A DNA stretch of 63,743 bases, the filler included, from Octopus bimaculoides (Eukaryota), in the NCBI RefSeq assembly GCF_001194135.2. It is 5 parts of 4 records of this genome, joined end to end, with 100 filler letters (N's around TTAATTAATTAA, not from the genome) between each part and the next. Parts side by side here need not be neighbours in the genome. Positions count along the whole stretch, not along the records: positions 62,522 to 63,743 come from NC_068985.1; 4 more parts are not named here. One strand, 5' to 3'. The position numbers and the translations under genes are program-made. The notes below the pieces were generated by a model. That model was not told where the DNA came from and did no database searches. It saw nothing but the letters and a program-made list of their open reading frames with translations. The stretch's first letter is position 1, and each line of letters starts with the position of its first letter. Shown piece after piece: positions 62,422 to 63,743 of this stretch.

Positions 62422-63743
62422 NNNNNNNNNNNNNNNNNNNNNNNNNNNNNNNNNNNNNNNNNNNNTTAATTAATTAANNNNNNNNNNNNNNNNNNNNNNN
62501 NNNNNNNNNNNNNNNNNNNNNATATGTATATACATATATGTGTATATATGTGTATATATGTGTATGTATATGTGTGGGTATATGTATATGTGTGTGTGTA
62601 TACATGTATAAGTATGTGTGTGTGTAATCTATTTGTGTGTGTGTTTGTATTTATGTATGTGTATATGTATAGGTGAGTATGTAGGTAGGTATGTAGTTGT
62701 GTACATACGGATGTAATGATAGTTAGCCACACAGTCGTGTATGTACGAATAAATATGGGTATATATGAGGGGACATACTGTGTATAAGGATGTATATCTG
62801 GATATGTATAGATGAGAATGTATTTATCCTCATTGTTACTGTTGAGGCTATCGGCTTGTAGTCTTCTTAAAAGTCTACCAATTTAACTCTATTGCCATTA
62901 CATTTGGAACTTTACCCCCTCACTGTGAGTATATAGTAGAGTTAAGAGACGTGTGGCTGCGCGCATACATGTGTATATACGTACATGCACGCATGAGCGT
63001 GAGTACGGGGGGTTTTATACATAGCACGCGTGTGTGTTGGGGGCGGGGGTGCGCAGGAAGGCTAGCATCTTGACCGGCCAGTGGCTATCCAACCGTAGCT
63101 AAGCGTAGGCAGTTTAAAACAATAGTTGCCCAATTGGAAGGAGGAAGTTAACGGTAGTAATTAAACCTCCCCCATTAGCAGCAGAATGGTAGAGCCGTTG
63201 GAAGAGGCAACAGGATATCTTACACCGCTAAGTTTGAAAGTTTGGCATATTATTGTTGTTGTTGTTGTTGTTGTCACCGTCATCGTCACCATCACTGTTA
63301 TTGCTACTAGAACATTAATAACTTGTATAAAATGAACTACTTAGAACCTTCCAATATATACAGGAATGACACACACACAATCAAGAAAACTTCCTTTCTA
63401 AAAAACTCTTACAGATTTCTAGATACGGCTAATAGAGCTGATGCCACAGACAACGTATGTGGTGGAATGTTTGCTTATAAAAACTTGTATATGCACACAT
63501 GAGAGTAAGGGGACATCCAAGTAAGGCTGTGCACACGAACCCACACATATAGATATGCATTGGAGTGCCTATAGCTACCTATCTATAATGTTTGTAGACT
63601 TTTTGGGTGCCTTGTACTTTTAAGGGTTTTTTGACATATATCTTTTTTATATTTTTGCATGTCCCACATGTTATACCTTCATTTATGTATTCTTTATTAT
63701 TATTTTTTTTTCCTGCTGTACCGTTATTTTTATTTTTATTTTT

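Overview
AT-rich, repeat-dominated eukaryotic draft-assembly window with about 23 N-gaps (roughly 8.5 kb in total) and a very heavy microsatellite load. The SINE families and repeat style suggest a coleoid cephalopod, probably Octopus (inference, not verified by search). There are no CRISPR arrays, rRNA, true tRNA genes or prokaryote-style operons. Almost every entry in the ORF track is an artefact of microsatellites, N-runs or decayed transposons. What the sequence does support: (1) the 3' end of a spliced plus-strand protein-coding gene of unrecognised family (exons 21840-21995, 26118-26213, 26268-26282) that the ORF track does not assemble; (2) decayed non-LTR retrotransposons of several clades: CR1-like, Tx1/L1-like, HERO-like, and R4/Dong-like copies stacked in (TAA)n/(CAA)n arrays; (3) at least four modular SINE families in many copies, one sharing its 3' tail with the CR1-like LINE; (4) DNA elements: a mariner transposase relic, a mariner-derived MITE, a complete 240-bp Helitron plus relatives, and a 664-bp foldback element with an unusual apparent 6-bp target duplication; (5) a convergent pair of Penelope-type minimal hammerhead ribozyme relics at 10.5-10.8 kb; (6) a near-perfect 120-bp hairpin at 12.7 kb. 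I found no evidence of a novel multi-gene system. The most promising leads are the unassigned gene, the hammerhead pair, the foldback element and the R4/Dong stack.
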